DNA of 64,000 nt from Candidatus Sericytochromatia bacterium (GCA_036676985.1 JAKFBU010000047.1:8096-72095); one strand, 5' to 3'; positions 18,842 through 30,848 are shown, counted from the stretch's first letter. Translations and numbers: made by a program. Notes: generated from the sequence alone by a model not told the origin.

Positions 18842-18871
18842 TTCGGTCCTCCCTTCGGCTATCGGAGCTTG

Positions 18872-18920
18872 AGTGTAAAGTTTTGTAACCTCAGGATACG
18901 CTCCCGCCGGGAGGTGTCAA
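18872..18920 (-). promoter_or_regulatory. sigma70-type promoter plus direct-repeat operator of the KGG gene
   Basis: TTGACA-N16-TATCCT followed by GTTACAAA-AC-TTTACACT. Confidence 0.55.
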
Positions 18921-19110
18921 GTCACGGTCGGAAGCGCACCTCCCAGATCCCAGCCCATGAAGCTGCTGCCACCTGAGGCGGCTTGACGATCTCCTGGACC
19001 GTCAGCCGCACCGGCTTCCGAGTGTCACGGCGCTTCGACGGACCGCAACGAGCCCGAACCCCCCGTTTCCCTTTCCCATCCGCTACTCGAAAGCAATTGA
19101 GGGGAGGATG

Positions 19111-20826
19111 CTACGGCTTCGGAAGGGTGAACCAGAAGGTGGCGCCCTTTCCCAGTTCGCTCCTGACGCCGATGGTCCCGCCATGGGCTTCCACCAGGGT
19201 CTTGCAGAGGCTGAGGCCAAGGCCCGTTCCGCCTTTGCGCGAGCCGGCTTCCAGCTGGCCAAAGGGCTTGAAGAGTTTCGGAAGATCCTCCTGGGCGATT
19301 CCGGGGCCGGAGTCTGTCACCTCGAAGCGGTAGGACTCCTCTGTGCGGAGGACCCGTAGGGTGATGTCGCCCGCCGGGGGGGTGAACTTGATGGCGTTGC
19401 TCAGAAAGTTGCCAATGACCTGCTCGATGCGCTGGGCATCCACCCGCAGGACCAGCGGCTCATCCGGAAGGGAGAGACTCAGGTCCAGGTTCGCCTCCTC
19501 GAGCTGGAGGCGGAAGCTGTCGGTGATCTCTTGGATCACGGGCACGAGGTCGGTTTCCTGGAGCTTGACCTGGAAAGTGCCCGCCTCGATGCGCGCGAAC
19601 TCCAGCAGATCGTCCACCAAACGCTTCATTCGCAAGGTCCCATTTTGGATCTGCCGGACGAACCCCGCCTGCATCGACGTTAGCTCCCCGCCCACCAAGT
19701 CTTCCAGCAACTCCGTATTGCCGATGATCGAGGTCAGGGGGGTTCGGAGCTCGTGCGAGAGGGAATTGATGAAGCTCCTCCTCAGGCGCGCGAGCTCCTT
19801 TTCCTTCTCGAGCTCAATGCCCTGGTGGATGATCACCTCTTCGGCGAGCTGCCGCTCCAGCTCCGCCTCGATGCGCCTTGCCACGGTTCTGAGGATAATC
19901 TCGATGTTGTCGATCATGGTCATGGGGGCCACGTGCGCCACCGCGACGATCCCCAGGGGGGACCCATCGGTCCGGAAGAGCGGCATCCCCGCATAGCTCT
20001 CCAGGCCGAGCTCCCTCACGAAGGGATCCCGGGGAAAGGACTCTTTCAGGTTACGCGGGTAGGCGAGGAACTTGTTGCCGTATATGAGCTCACATGGGGT
20101 CCCCTCCATGCTGTAGCTGAAGTCTTCCTGCACCTTTCCTGGTCTCAGCCAGGTAACGGCGCGGATGACCCCCGGCTCGGCGGTCTTCACCTCGATGAGA
20201 ACGTGAGACACGCCAAGCGCCGTGGAAAGGTACTGGGCAATCGCGTTGAAGAAGGTCCTGCCAGTGGCGGAGGAGAAGCCCTGGGTCAGCTCGTTCAGGG
20301 CGTTTTCGAGCCGCTTGTGCTCCGTGATATCCCGGCCAATGCCGATGAGCCCACGAAGATCCCCATCTCGGGCGAAGTAGGGGAACCGGATGGTCTGGAT
20401 GATGCGAGTCGAGCCGTCGCTGGGGAAGGCCTCCTCGAATATGCCAGATTGCCGGCTGGTGAGGACGGCCTGATCGGCCTCATATAGGGCAGCAGCGAGC
20501 TCTGGCGAGACGAAGTCTGCGTCACGCTTGCCCAAGATCGCCTCGCGCGTCAGCCCGAGGGCCTTGGCGCCGGCAGGGTTGATCAGCTCATAGCGGCCCT
20601 GGAGGTCCTTGATGAAGATGACGTCGGGCGCGCCCTCGACGAGCGCCTGGAACTCGGCCGTGGCCTCGAGCAGGGCGTGCAGGGGATTCGTTCCCCCGTA
20701 AGGTCCCGCGAAAAGTTCCTTGAGGGTTCCTTCGAGCGCTTCAGGCTCGGTCACTCCGAAGGCCCTGCTCAGGGTTCGAAACTGATTGACGGCCATCTTG
20801 GTGACATCGAGGAAGTCTTGGCTCAT
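19111..20826 (-). CDS. Cytoplasmic PAS-GAF sensor histidine kinase
   Basis: IFIKDLQGRY PAS, GTPCE GAF, SHELRTPL, NAIKF, DSGPG, GTGLGL. Confidence 0.93.
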   Translation of the reverse strand: MSQDFLDVTKMAVNQFRTLSRAFGVTEPEALEGTLKELFAGPYGGTNPLHALLEATAEFQALVEGAPDVIFIKDLQGRYELINPAGAKALGLTREAILGKRDADFVSPELAAALYEADQAVLTSRQSGIFEEAFPSDGSTRIIQTIRFPYFARDGDLRGLIGIGRDITEHKRLENALNELTQGFSSATGRTFFNAIAQYLSTALGVSHVLIEVKTAEPGVIRAVTWLRPGKVQEDFSYSMEGTPCELIYGNKFLAYPRNLKESFPRDPFVRELGLESYAGMPLFRTDGSPLGIVAVAHVAPMTMIDNIEIILRTVARRIEAELERQLAEEVIIHQGIELEKEKELARLRRSFINSLSHELRTPLTSIIGNTELLEDLVGGELTSMQAGFVRQIQNGTLRMKRLVDDLLEFARIEAGTFQVKLQETDLVPVIQEITDSFRLQLEEANLDLSLSLPDEPLVLRVDAQRIEQVIGNFLSNAIKFTPPAGDITLRVLRTEESYRFEVTDSGPGIAQEDLPKLFKPFGQLEAGSRKGGTGLGLSLCKTLVEAHGGTIGVRSELGKGATFWFTLPKP

Positions 20827-21024
20827 CTGCGCTACCTCAACGGCGAATTGTTTCTCCGTTGAGATGGCGTGTCAATGGCCTCACGCCGCCTGCGGCGTCG
20901 GCGCATGGCAGGGCGTGACGCGTCACGCAAGCCAGCCAGAAACTCAGCCCTTTCTCACCTCCCGATTGGGCAAGGGCCTGGAATGGATTTTAGACGGCGA
21001 GCGCTGGAATTGCTCGGCAGGCTC

Positions 21025-21669
21025 CTAGTGGACGGAGCGGATGACGCCCACGACGCGTCCCTGGACCGTGACGGAGTCCACGTAGATCGGATCCATGGCG
21101 GAATTGGCGGGCTGCAGGCGGATCCGGCCGGATTCGCGGTAGAGCCGCTTGAGGGTCGCCTCGCCGTTGTCGAGCAGGGCGACCACGATCTCGCCGTCGC
21201 GGGCGGTGGCCTGCGGCTTCACGATGACCATGTCGCCCGGCATGATGTGGTCCTCGATCATGCTCTCGCCCTTGACCTCCAGGACGTAGTTGTTGCCGGT
21301 CGCCCACATGCCGGCAAGATCCAGGGTCTCGGTGCCGTCCCCGATGGCCTCGATGGGGCGGCCCGCCGCGATGCGCCCCAGGATGGGCAGCCTGGGGGCC
21401 TCTTCGGGAAAGGGGATGGGGGCCGGAGCTGGGGCTGCGGCCGCGGGCGTGCCCTCGAGGAGCTGGATGGCGCGGTTCTTGCCCTTTTCCCAGCGGATCA
21501 GCCCCCGCTCGGCCAGGCCCGTGAGGTGGTAGTGGATGGTCGAGGTGGAATGCACGCCCAGCGCCTCGACGATCTCGCGGATCGACGGCACGTAGCCCCG
21601 CTCGGCGATCGCTCGCCGCAGGTAATCGAGCACTTCTTGTTGGCGCCTCGGCAGCTTCGTGTCGACCAT
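21025..21669 (-). CDS. lexA: SOS repressor LexA
   Basis: PSIREI wHTH, IAAG cleavage site, GESM (Ser), TLKR (Lys). Confidence 0.96.
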   Translation of the reverse strand: MVDTKLPRRQQEVLDYLRRAIAERGYVPSIREIVEALGVHSTSTIHYHLTGLAERGLIRWEKGKNRAIQLLEGTPAAAAPAPAPIPFPEEAPRLPILGRIAAGRPIEAIGDGTETLDLAGMWATGNNYVLEVKGESMIEDHIMPGDMVIVKPQATARDGEIVVALLDNGEATLKRLYRESGRIRLQPANSAMDPIYVDSVTVQGRVVGVIRSVH

Positions 21670-21691
21670 CGGAGCACTCCTCGCAAAAATT

Positions 21692-21705
21692 GAAACAAAG
21701 GTTCG
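21692..21705 (-). promoter_or_regulatory. LexA (Cheo-type) box
   Basis: CGAAC-CTTT-GTTTC just upstream of lexA; matches GAAC-N4-GTTY. Confidence 0.7.
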
Positions 21706-21909
21706 AACCCGTCCCATTCTAGGGAACGGCGCCGCCTCTTGTCTAGGGGGTAAGCACGCGTTCGGGCCGTCCCGCGGCCTCGTGGCCCGCGGCGGGCGTC
21801 AAGGAGCGAGCAGCCGCTGCGGGCCCGCCAGGCCGCGGAAGGCCCGCGTTCCGTAACGGTTGTCTCCCCCCTTGTCACTTTTCGCAAAAATCGTTTAGAC
21901 TTGGGGCTG

Positions 21910-21936
21910 TTAGCACTCCCGCTTGGTGACTGCTAA
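21910..21936 (+). promoter_or_regulatory. CIRCE element (HrcA operator)
   Basis: TTAGCACTC-N9-GACTGCTAA, one mismatch to consensus, upstream of groES. Confidence 0.92.
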
Positions 21937-21961
21937 TCCCCTTGCAACATCACCCTTTTAG

Positions 21962-23974
<2,013 letters not shown>

Positions 23975-23994
23975 TCGGCGTCAGCCGATCCATC

Positions 23995-24024
23995 AAGGGC
24001 GGGGGCTTCGGCCCCCGCCTTTTC
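23995..24024 (+). terminator. Intrinsic terminator after groEL
   Basis: GGCGGGGGC-TTCG-GCCCCCGCC-TTTT. Confidence 0.88.
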
Positions 24025-24153
24025 GTGTGCCCGTCACCGCGGCGCAACACCGGCGCAACCCATGCTGCCTAGGATGGCGACCGAGGGGCGTGTCCGGACG
24101 ATTACCGGCCAAGCACGTGGGTATAAAAGAGCGAGTTCACCCCTTGGAGGCGC

Positions 24154-24882
24154 ATGAACGAACCGTTTAACGCCGTCGGATCCGCTCCCCCGCCGCGCCC
24201 GCGCGGCGCGGGGCTCGACGCGCTCGTCGGGGCCGTGCTCGGTCCCAACGAGGACCTGATCCTGCCGCTGTTCGTGCCCTACACCCCGCGGGTGAACCTC
24301 CTGCCCAAGCCCAAGCCTCCCTCGTGGTGGCTGCTCGGCGGAGCGGGGCTCGCCGTGACGGCCGTCGTGCTGGTGGCGACCATGGTAAGCCTGGGGTGGC
24401 TCAGCCAGCAAACGGCCTTCGAAACCCAGGAGGTCAAGCGCCTCACCACCGAGCGGCGGGCCGAAGAGGCCCGTTACAAGACCTTGCAGGCTCAAGTCGA
24501 GGTCGTCGACGCCCAGAAGGGCGCCTACGAGTTCGTCGCCAAGGGCGCGCCCCGCTGGTCCGAGGTGCTCGATCAGCTGCGCAACCTCATGCCCGAGGGC
24601 GTGCGATTCGACAAGATCGAGGCTGCCCACGACGGGCTCATCCTCATCAACGGCAAGGCCGAGAACCTGCGGGCCGTCGGCCAGTTCATGCTCAACCTGC
24701 GCGGCTCCGGCACGTTCTACGAGCCCCGGCTCGGCATGGGCGATCGCACCATCGAGAACGGGCAGTCGCTCGTGAAGTACGACCTCCAGGTGCGCTTCGC
24801 CCACCCGGAGTGGCTGTCGAACCCCGAGTTCGCCAACGCCACGCCCTCGTCGTCCGCGGCGAGCGAGAGCCCGACGCCGTGA
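24154..24882 (+). CDS. pilN: Type IV pilus assembly protein PilN-like
   Basis: VNLLP motif, TM, coiled coil, WSEVLDQLRNLMPEGV, INGKA. Confidence 0.8.
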   Translation: MNEPFNAVGSAPPPRPRGAGLDALVGAVLGPNEDLILPLFVPYTPRVNLLPKPKPPSWWLLGGAGLAVTAVVLVATMVSLGWLSQQTAFETQEVKRLTTERRAEEARYKTLQAQVEVVDAQKGAYEFVAKGAPRWSEVLDQLRNLMPEGVRFDKIEAAHDGLILINGKAENLRAVGQFMLNLRGSGTFYEPRLGMGDRTIENGQSLVKYDLQVRFAHPEWLSNPEFANATPSSSAASESPTP

Positions 24883-25898
24883 GCGTGCCGCTGTCCCGCC
24901 GCCAGCGCTACCGGCTGACCGTCGCCGCGACGGTCGCCACGATCGCCCTCTCCGCTCTGGTCCTCGTGCAGCCGCAGATCGCCGAGTACCAGTCGAAGCG
25001 CTCGGAGCTCGACCGGGCGCGCGCGGCCCTGCCCGCCGAGCGGGTCTTCTCTCCGAGCTATCCGGCCCTCGCGGCCAAGCTCGAGCTTCTCAAGACCGAG
25101 CTTGCCGCCATGCGGCGCTCCTTCCCGGTGGCCGAGAACGTCTCGGCGCTCCTCCTGGAGCTCGAGACTCTGGCCTCGGATCAGGTGGCCATCAGCCACT
25201 TCTACCCGACCCGGCTCGCGCCCTTGAAGCTGCCGCAGAAGCAGGAGAAGTCCGGCATCTCGGTCTCGGAGCAGCAGATCGAGCTGGACGCGGACGGGCC
25301 CTTCCCGGCCCTGCACCGCCTCCTGGCGAAGTTCGAGGAGAACGCCTATCCCCTGGGCGTTCACTCCCTCTCCATGGAGCGGGCCTCCAGGGCCGAGGCC
25401 ATCCGGGCGGGCGGCCCGCTCACGGCTCCTAGTGCAGTCGAGCCCCTGACGCTCAAGATCAAGATGTCCGCCTACCTGCTGGACAAGCCCTTGCCGGACA
25501 TACCGCTCTTCGCGGACGGACTGGTCCAGCAGATGGCGAGCGCTCAGACGACCACGGGTGTGGCGGATCCCTTCGTGGACCTCGTGCCCGACCTGCCGCC
25601 CTTGGCGGCCACGCCGTCGGTGCCCGTCGCCGTCGTTCCCCGCACTGCGGAGCCTCCGGCCATTCCCGCGCTTCCGGTTCAAAGGCCGCGTCCGGCCCTC
25701 GATGGCTGGCGCCTGGAGGGCATCCTCTACGGGCCTGGCGACATGGCCATCGTCCGCAAGGAAGGCAAGCCCTCCATGACCGTTCGTGTCGGCGACGAGC
25801 TGGACGGCTGGCGTATCACCCAGATCAAGCCGGACACGGTCCTGCTCGCCAAGGGTTCGCACCGGGAGCGCCTCTCTTTGCCCGAAGGGTTGCTGTAG
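24879..25898 (+). CDS. PilO-like protein with C-terminal PilP/GspC-like domain
   Basis: GTG start overlapping pilN stop; TM, coiled coil, GPFPALHRLLAKFE, DPF, Pro linker, WRLEGIL...VRVGDELDGWRITQI. Confidence 0.65.
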   Translation: MSVPLSRRQRYRLTVAATVATIALSALVLVQPQIAEYQSKRSELDRARAALPAERVFSPSYPALAAKLELLKTELAAMRRSFPVAENVSALLLELETLASDQVAISHFYPTRLAPLKLPQKQEKSGISVSEQQIELDADGPFPALHRLLAKFEENAYPLGVHSLSMERASRAEAIRAGGPLTAPSAVEPLTLKIKMSAYLLDKPLPDIPLFADGLVQQMASAQTTTGVADPFVDLVPDLPPLAATPSVPVAVVPRTAEPPAIPALPVQRPRPALDGWRLEGILYGPGDMAIVRKEGKPSMTVRVGDELDGWRITQIKPDTVLLAKGSHRERLSLPEGLL

Positions 25899-25940
25899 GC
25901 CCGAGCGCCACGGCGCCCGGCAGCCGAAAGGAGGCCCAGG

Positions 25941-26348
25941 ATGACAAGTGGACAGCAAGGGTTCACGCTGATCGAGGTCGTGGTCGCCGCCGTCATCCTC
26001 ATGATCGTCGCCGTCAGCTCTTTTTCGGCCTTCACCAACAGCAGCCGGGTCGTGCGCACCAGCGAGGCCCTGTCGGGGGTAACGAGCATCGAGCGGGTGG
26101 CCCAGAGCTACCTGCGCAACCTGGACTTCGGCATCCTCAGCAACGCCACCGAGAGCACGGTGGCCACGGGCATCAAGGCCCAGCTCACGGCGGCGGACTG
26201 GAGCCGGCTCGGGGCGACGGGCAGCGTCACCGTCACGCGCTTGACCGTCGAAGAGCGCCTCGTCACCGTGGAGCTCAGCGTCGGCTACGGCGCGAGCGGC
26301 GTGGCGACAAGCTCGCTGCGCATCGCGCGGCGGGGGGTGAACCCATGA
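25941..26348 (+). CDS. Minor pilin (PilV-like)
   Basis: Prepilin motif QG/FTLIEVVVA. Confidence 0.85.
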   Translation: MTSGQQGFTLIEVVVAAVILMIVAVSSFSAFTNSSRVVRTSEALSGVTSIERVAQSYLRNLDFGILSNATESTVATGIKAQLTAADWSRLGATGSVTVTRLTVEERLVTVELSVGYGASGVATSSLRIARRGVNP

Positions 26349-26923
26349 GCCACCGCAAACACCAGGGCTTCACGCTGGTCGAGGTCCTCATGTCCACGGC
26401 CGTCTTCTCGATTATCGCGGCGGCGCTCGTGGGGCTGTACGCCCTCGGCACCCGCTCGGCGGATCGTAGCGCGAGCCACGTCAAGAGCCTCTCGGGCGGT
26501 CAGCACGCCCTTTCCATGCTGGAAAAGGACGTGCTCGAGGCTTGCCGGATCACGACCGTCGGGGGCTACGCCGCTTCGCCCTCGGCGCTCGCCATGCTGC
26601 AGCCCCGCTTCGACGCGGACGGGCTGCTGGTCGCCTCGGACGACGTGGTCGTCTATTACTTCTCGGGCGATCGCCTCCTGCGCGACGTCCTGCCCGGCAG
26701 CGGCAGCGCCGTGCCGGCGGTGACCGGCCAGGTCATCCTCGATCGGGCGACGGCGAGCCCCGTCTTCGAGTACCTGCGGGACCAGGGGACGTCGCTGGTG
26801 GCCGTGTCCCAGGTGAGCCAGGCCGAGGTCGTGCGGGTGCATTTGCAACTCTCGGGCAGCGCCGCCTCGGACCAGGACGTGCAGTACTTCCGCGGGGAGT
26901 ACCGCATGCGCAACATGCGCTAG
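26345..26923 (+). CDS. Minor pilin (PilW-like)
   Basis: Prepilin motif QG/FTLVEVLM. Confidence 0.85.
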   Translation: MSHRKHQGFTLVEVLMSTAVFSIIAAALVGLYALGTRSADRSASHVKSLSGGQHALSMLEKDVLEACRITTVGGYAASPSALAMLQPRFDADGLLVASDDVVVYYFSGDRLLRDVLPGSGSAVPAVTGQVILDRATASPVFEYLRDQGTSLVAVSQVSQAEVVRVHLQLSGSAASDQDVQYFRGEYRMRNMR

Positions 26924-26931
26924 GAGGCCCC

Positions 26932-28104
26932 ATGAGGAACCAAGAACGAGGCATGGCGCTGTTCACGGCTCTCATCCTGAGCACGGTGCTGGTGCTCCTG
27001 GTCTCCTTGAGCGTTCGCTACGCCGTGACCTCCTCCAAGACCATGCAGAGCGACCGGGCGCGCGCTCAGGCCCTGAACGTGGCCGAGGGCGGCGTCGAGT
27101 GGGCCGTCTCGGAGTTCGACCCCACGGCGCTTGCGAGCCTGGCCACTAGCAGCAGCTTCGGCTCGGGAGACTACACGCTGACGTCCCGTGCCTTGCCCAA
27201 CAACCGCTACGCCATCCGCGCGGAGGCCTGGATCCCGTCGTCCGCGAGCGCGCAAGCGCATCGCACCATCGAGGTGGTGCTCGCCACCGCGAGCAACCCC
27301 CTGGGCAACTACGCCATGGCCACGGACGGCAACCTGAGCCTCAACGGCTCGGTGACCTTCAACTCGTCGCCCACGGCAGGCCAGGGGAACATCCACTCCA
27401 ACCACGACGTGGACATCAACGGCGGCTCGGCCACCATCCAGGGCAACGTCTCGGCGACCAGCCAGGTGGATCCCTCGAGCTATCCCGGCGTCACGGGCGG
27501 GGTGACGAGCCAGGCGCCCGAGGTCGAGATCTCGAGCTACACCTCGACCCAGATCCAGGACTTCGCGACCGACGCCAAGGCGATCGCCACCAAGGACATT
27601 ACGAGTGCCCTGGGGGGCGTGCTTTCGGGCTACTACCAGAGCTACGCGGGCTACGACATCCAGGACTCGGCCAACACGACGGGCGGCACCCTGAGCATCA
27701 GCGGCGGTACGGTCACCATCAGCGGGACCGTCTTCATCGAGGGCAACCTCTCGATCAGCGGTAACGCGCGGGTGGAGGGCGACGGCCTCATCGTCGTCAC
27801 CCAGCGCATCTCCATCAGCGGCAACCCCTACGTGGAGGGCTCCACGGCCTCGAAGCTCGGCATCGTCACGCTGTCCAGCCGCGCGCCGGCCATCGACCTG
27901 GGCGGGGCGAACAACATCCGGGGCATGATGTATGCGCCCAACGGCAACGTCGAGGTGCACGGCAACGTGAACGTGACGGGCGCCATGATCGCCCGGGGCG
28001 TGGGTATCGTGCAGGGCAGCGTCACCATGACCCGGGACACGACGCAGAACGTGGACATCCTGGGGATCCCGTACTGGCGGACGGAGTCGTACCGGGAGCT
28101 TTAG
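26932..28104 (+). CDS. PilX-like minor pilin with beta-solenoid C-terminus
   Basis: ERG/MALFTAL without Glu+5, ALNVAEGG, repeated ISGN, YAPNG. Confidence 0.8.
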   Translation: MRNQERGMALFTALILSTVLVLLVSLSVRYAVTSSKTMQSDRARAQALNVAEGGVEWAVSEFDPTALASLATSSSFGSGDYTLTSRALPNNRYAIRAEAWIPSSASAQAHRTIEVVLATASNPLGNYAMATDGNLSLNGSVTFNSSPTAGQGNIHSNHDVDINGGSATIQGNVSATSQVDPSSYPGVTGGVTSQAPEVEISSYTSTQIQDFATDAKAIATKDITSALGGVLSGYYQSYAGYDIQDSANTTGGTLSISGGTVTISGTVFIEGNLSISGNARVEGDGLIVVTQRISISGNPYVEGSTASKLGIVTLSSRAPAIDLGGANNIRGMMYAPNGNVEVHGNVNVTGAMIARGVGIVQGSVTMTRDTTQNVDILGIPYWRTESYREL

Positions 28105-28176
28105 CTCGCCGTACGCCAGTGATGACCTTAAAAGTCGTCTCCGTCACCCCCGCTTTCGCGAGGGTGACGGGAGCGG

Positions 28177-28749
28177 TCATGCGTGGTGCTGACTGACTGG
28201 CGGAGCCAGACGCTGATACAGGTGCTCGTCGCACCACTCGCCATCGATGAAGGCGGCCCGGCGCAGCGTCCCCACCCGCTCGAAGCCCGCTGATTCATAC
28301 AGGCGGATGGCCGGCTCGTTGAAGGTCCGGACCTTGAGCTGCACGTTCCAGAGACCAGCCGCGGCAGCCGCCTGTAGGGCCGCTTCCAGCATGGCCTTGC
28401 CCAGTCCCTGGCCGTGATGCTCCCTGAGCAATCCCATCCCGAGCACGCCCACGTGACTCGCGCAGGGATAGGGCTCCGCGGTGATGCCCAGCAGCCCCGC
28501 CATGCGGCCACCCACGCCGACGACCATCAGGAAGCTGCGGGGATGCTCGAGGAAGCGGCGGAGAATCAGGGCCTCGTCGTCGGCCGTCATCCGCTCGAAG
28601 TGCTCGGGACCGTTCATGAGGAACCGGTACGATTCCCGGGCCTGCTGACGCAGGAAGTCCAGCACCTCCTCGGCCTCGTCCACCTCGGGGCTGCGCAGGA
28701 CATAGGCCAACCCCGCGCGGGTCGTGCCCTCCTGGGGGACGAGCCTCAT
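28177..28749 (-). CDS. GNAT N-acetyltransferase
   Basis: HGQGLGK, NEPAIRLYESAGF; ATGA overlap with the PilB-like gene. Confidence 0.88.
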   Translation of the reverse strand: MRLVPQEGTTRAGLAYVLRSPEVDEAEEVLDFLRQQARESYRFLMNGPEHFERMTADDEALILRRFLEHPRSFLMVVGVGGRMAGLLGITAEPYPCASHVGVLGMGLLREHHGQGLGKAMLEAALQAAAAAGLWNVQLKVRTFNEPAIRLYESAGFERVGTLRRAAFIDGEWCDEHLYQRLAPPVSQHHA

Positions 28750-30848
28750 ATCAGGCTGTCCTCGAAGAAGCAGAACGGACAGCGTACCCACGGGCTCTCG
28801 AGCTCCGCGAGGCAGGACTTGCAGATGCGCTTGGAGAGCTGGAGCTGCTCGGCGCACTTGGGGCAGACCGTCCACTCGGGCTTGACCGCCGTCTGGCACG
28901 ACGGACAGCAGGGGTTGAGGACGTATTTGCAGTAGGGACAGGTGCTGAACGAGTCCTCGACGGCGTTGCGGCAGCGCGGGCAGCTCTGCTCGTTGGAGCC
29001 CGAGTCCGAGTAGATGACGCGGACGAACTCCTCGAAGGTGATGACCCCGTCCCGCACCAGCTCGATGGCGTGGTTGCGGATGGGGATCATGCCGTTCTTC
29101 ACGGCGCTGGTGCGGATGATGCTCGACGGATGGCCCTTGACGATGAGCTCGCGGGTCTCCTGGTCGACCATGAAGACCTCGTACACCGCCCGCCGGCCCT
29201 GGTGGCCCGAGCCGTGGCAGGTCTCGCAGCCCTTGCCGCGGTACAAGGGCGTGTCCTCGGGCAGGCCCACCTGGGCCAGGATCTCGGGGTCCGCCCGGTA
29301 GGCCTCGCGGCACTCGGGGCAGATCTTGCGAACGAGGCGCTGGGCGATCGCCCCCAGCATCGCCGAGCCGATGAGGTACGGCTCGATGCCCATCTCGACC
29401 AGGCGCGTGATGGCGCCGGTGGCGTCGTTGGTGTGGAGGCTCGTCAGCACCAGGTGGCCCGTCAGCGCCGCCTCGGTCGCGATCTTGGCCGTCTCGTGGT
29501 CGCGGGTCTCGCCGATGAGCACGATGTCCGGGTCCTGGCGCAGGACGGCCCGCAGCACCCGGGCGAAGGTCAGGTCGATGCCCGTGTTGACCTGCACCTG
29601 CGTCGCGTGCTCGAAGTTGTACTCGATGGGGTCCTCGATGGTGATGATGTTCTTGGTCTTGCTCTGCAGGTGCCCGAGGGCCGAGTAGAGCGTGGTCGTC
29701 TTGCCGGAGCCCGTCGGGCCCGTGACGAAGAAGATGCCCTGCGGGCTCTTGATGATCTGCTCGAAGTCCTTGAGTTGACCCTCGAGGAACCCCAGCTCGC
29801 CGATGCCCTTGATGCCCGCGTTGCGGTTGAGGACGCGGATGACGACCTTCTCCCCGAACTGGCTCGGCATGGTCGAGACGCGCAGATCGACCGTGTTTTC
29901 GTTGATCTTGACCCGGATCTTGCCGTCCTGGGGCAGCCGCTTCTCGGAGACGTCCAGGTCGCACATGATCTTGAGGCGGGCGATCGCCGCGCTCTGCTGG
30001 TGCTTGGGCACCTGCATGGCGTCGTCCAGGAGGCCGTCCTTGCGGTAGCGCACGAGCAGGGCGCGCTCCTTGGGCTCGATGTGGATATCCGAGACCAGGG
30101 TCTTGATGGCGCGCCCCAGGATGTCGTTGACCAGCCGCACGATGGGGGCCGCGTTCGGGTCGTCGGCCGTGATGTCCTCGATCTCGGGCCCCTGCGCCAC
30201 GACGGCCGCCTCGCTCTCCGGCGCGGGAGCGGCCACGGTGCGCATGAGGACGCTCGGATCGAGCTTCCAGAAGGCGACGTAGGCCTCTTCGGTGGTGGGC
30301 ACCGCCGTGGTGCGCAGGCCCGTGATCAAGCGGACGTCGTCCAGGGCCTGGAGGTCGTTGGGGTGCGGAGTGGCGACGATCAGCCGGTCGTGGATGCGCG
30401 CCACGGGGATCATCTGGTACTTCTCGCCGGTGGCGGCCGGCAACAGCTCCAGGAAGACGGGATTCACCTCGGAGCGCTCGAGCCGCGAGTAGTCCCGCCC
30501 GACGAGCGTCTCGACGGCCTCTCGGACCTGGGTCAGGGTCATGTGCCCCTGGCGCATGAGTGTGGCCGCGAGGCTCTGCTGGGTCTCGCCCGGCGCGCGG
30601 ATGGCCTCCTCGACATGGTCCGGGTGCACCAGCCCCAGATCCGCCATGATCGCGCCTTCGGCCAGCCGCAGCTGGTAGGCGACGATGTCCCGAGTGGCCT
30701 CGGGCCGGATGGCCTTGGCAGTCACCAGGAGCTGGGCGAGGTGCGCCTCGTCCGAGTTCGCGGCAAGGGCCGTCGCGGCTTGCTGCGGAGAGAGGCGGTT
30801 GGTCTCGACCAATAGCTGCGCGAGATAGTCGTTCTGGGCGGCTAGCAT
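28746..30848 (-). CDS. pilB: PilB/GspE-family ATPase with C-terminal zinc ribbons
   Basis: SDIHIEP, RLPQDG, GPTGSGKTT, TIEDPIE, LRQDPD, TGHLV, CPEC/CETC plus six terminal CxxC. Confidence 0.88.
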   Translation of the reverse strand: MLAAQNDYLAQLLVETNRLSPQQAATALAANSDEAHLAQLLVTAKAIRPEATRDIVAYQLRLAEGAIMADLGLVHPDHVEEAIRAPGETQQSLAATLMRQGHMTLTQVREAVETLVGRDYSRLERSEVNPVFLELLPAATGEKYQMIPVARIHDRLIVATPHPNDLQALDDVRLITGLRTTAVPTTEEAYVAFWKLDPSVLMRTVAAPAPESEAAVVAQGPEIEDITADDPNAAPIVRLVNDILGRAIKTLVSDIHIEPKERALLVRYRKDGLLDDAMQVPKHQQSAAIARLKIMCDLDVSEKRLPQDGKIRVKINENTVDLRVSTMPSQFGEKVVIRVLNRNAGIKGIGELGFLEGQLKDFEQIIKSPQGIFFVTGPTGSGKTTTLYSALGHLQSKTKNIITIEDPIEYNFEHATQVQVNTGIDLTFARVLRAVLRQDPDIVLIGETRDHETAKIATEAALTGHLVLTSLHTNDATGAITRLVEMGIEPYLIGSAMLGAIAQRLVRKICPECREAYRADPEILAQVGLPEDTPLYRGKGCETCHGSGHQGRRAVYEVFMVDQETRELIVKGHPSSIIRTSAVKNGMIPIRNHAIELVRDGVITFEEFVRVIYSDSGSNEQSCPRCRNAVEDSFSTCPYCKYVLNPCCPSCQTAVKPEWTVCPKCAEQLQLSKRICKSCLAELESPWVRCPFCFFEDSLI

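Noticed and set aside
19111-20826. Histidine kinase as a horizontally acquired island
   Set aside because: Codon usage looks slightly less GC-biased, but no att sites or mobility genes are visible and I cannot quantify it by eye.
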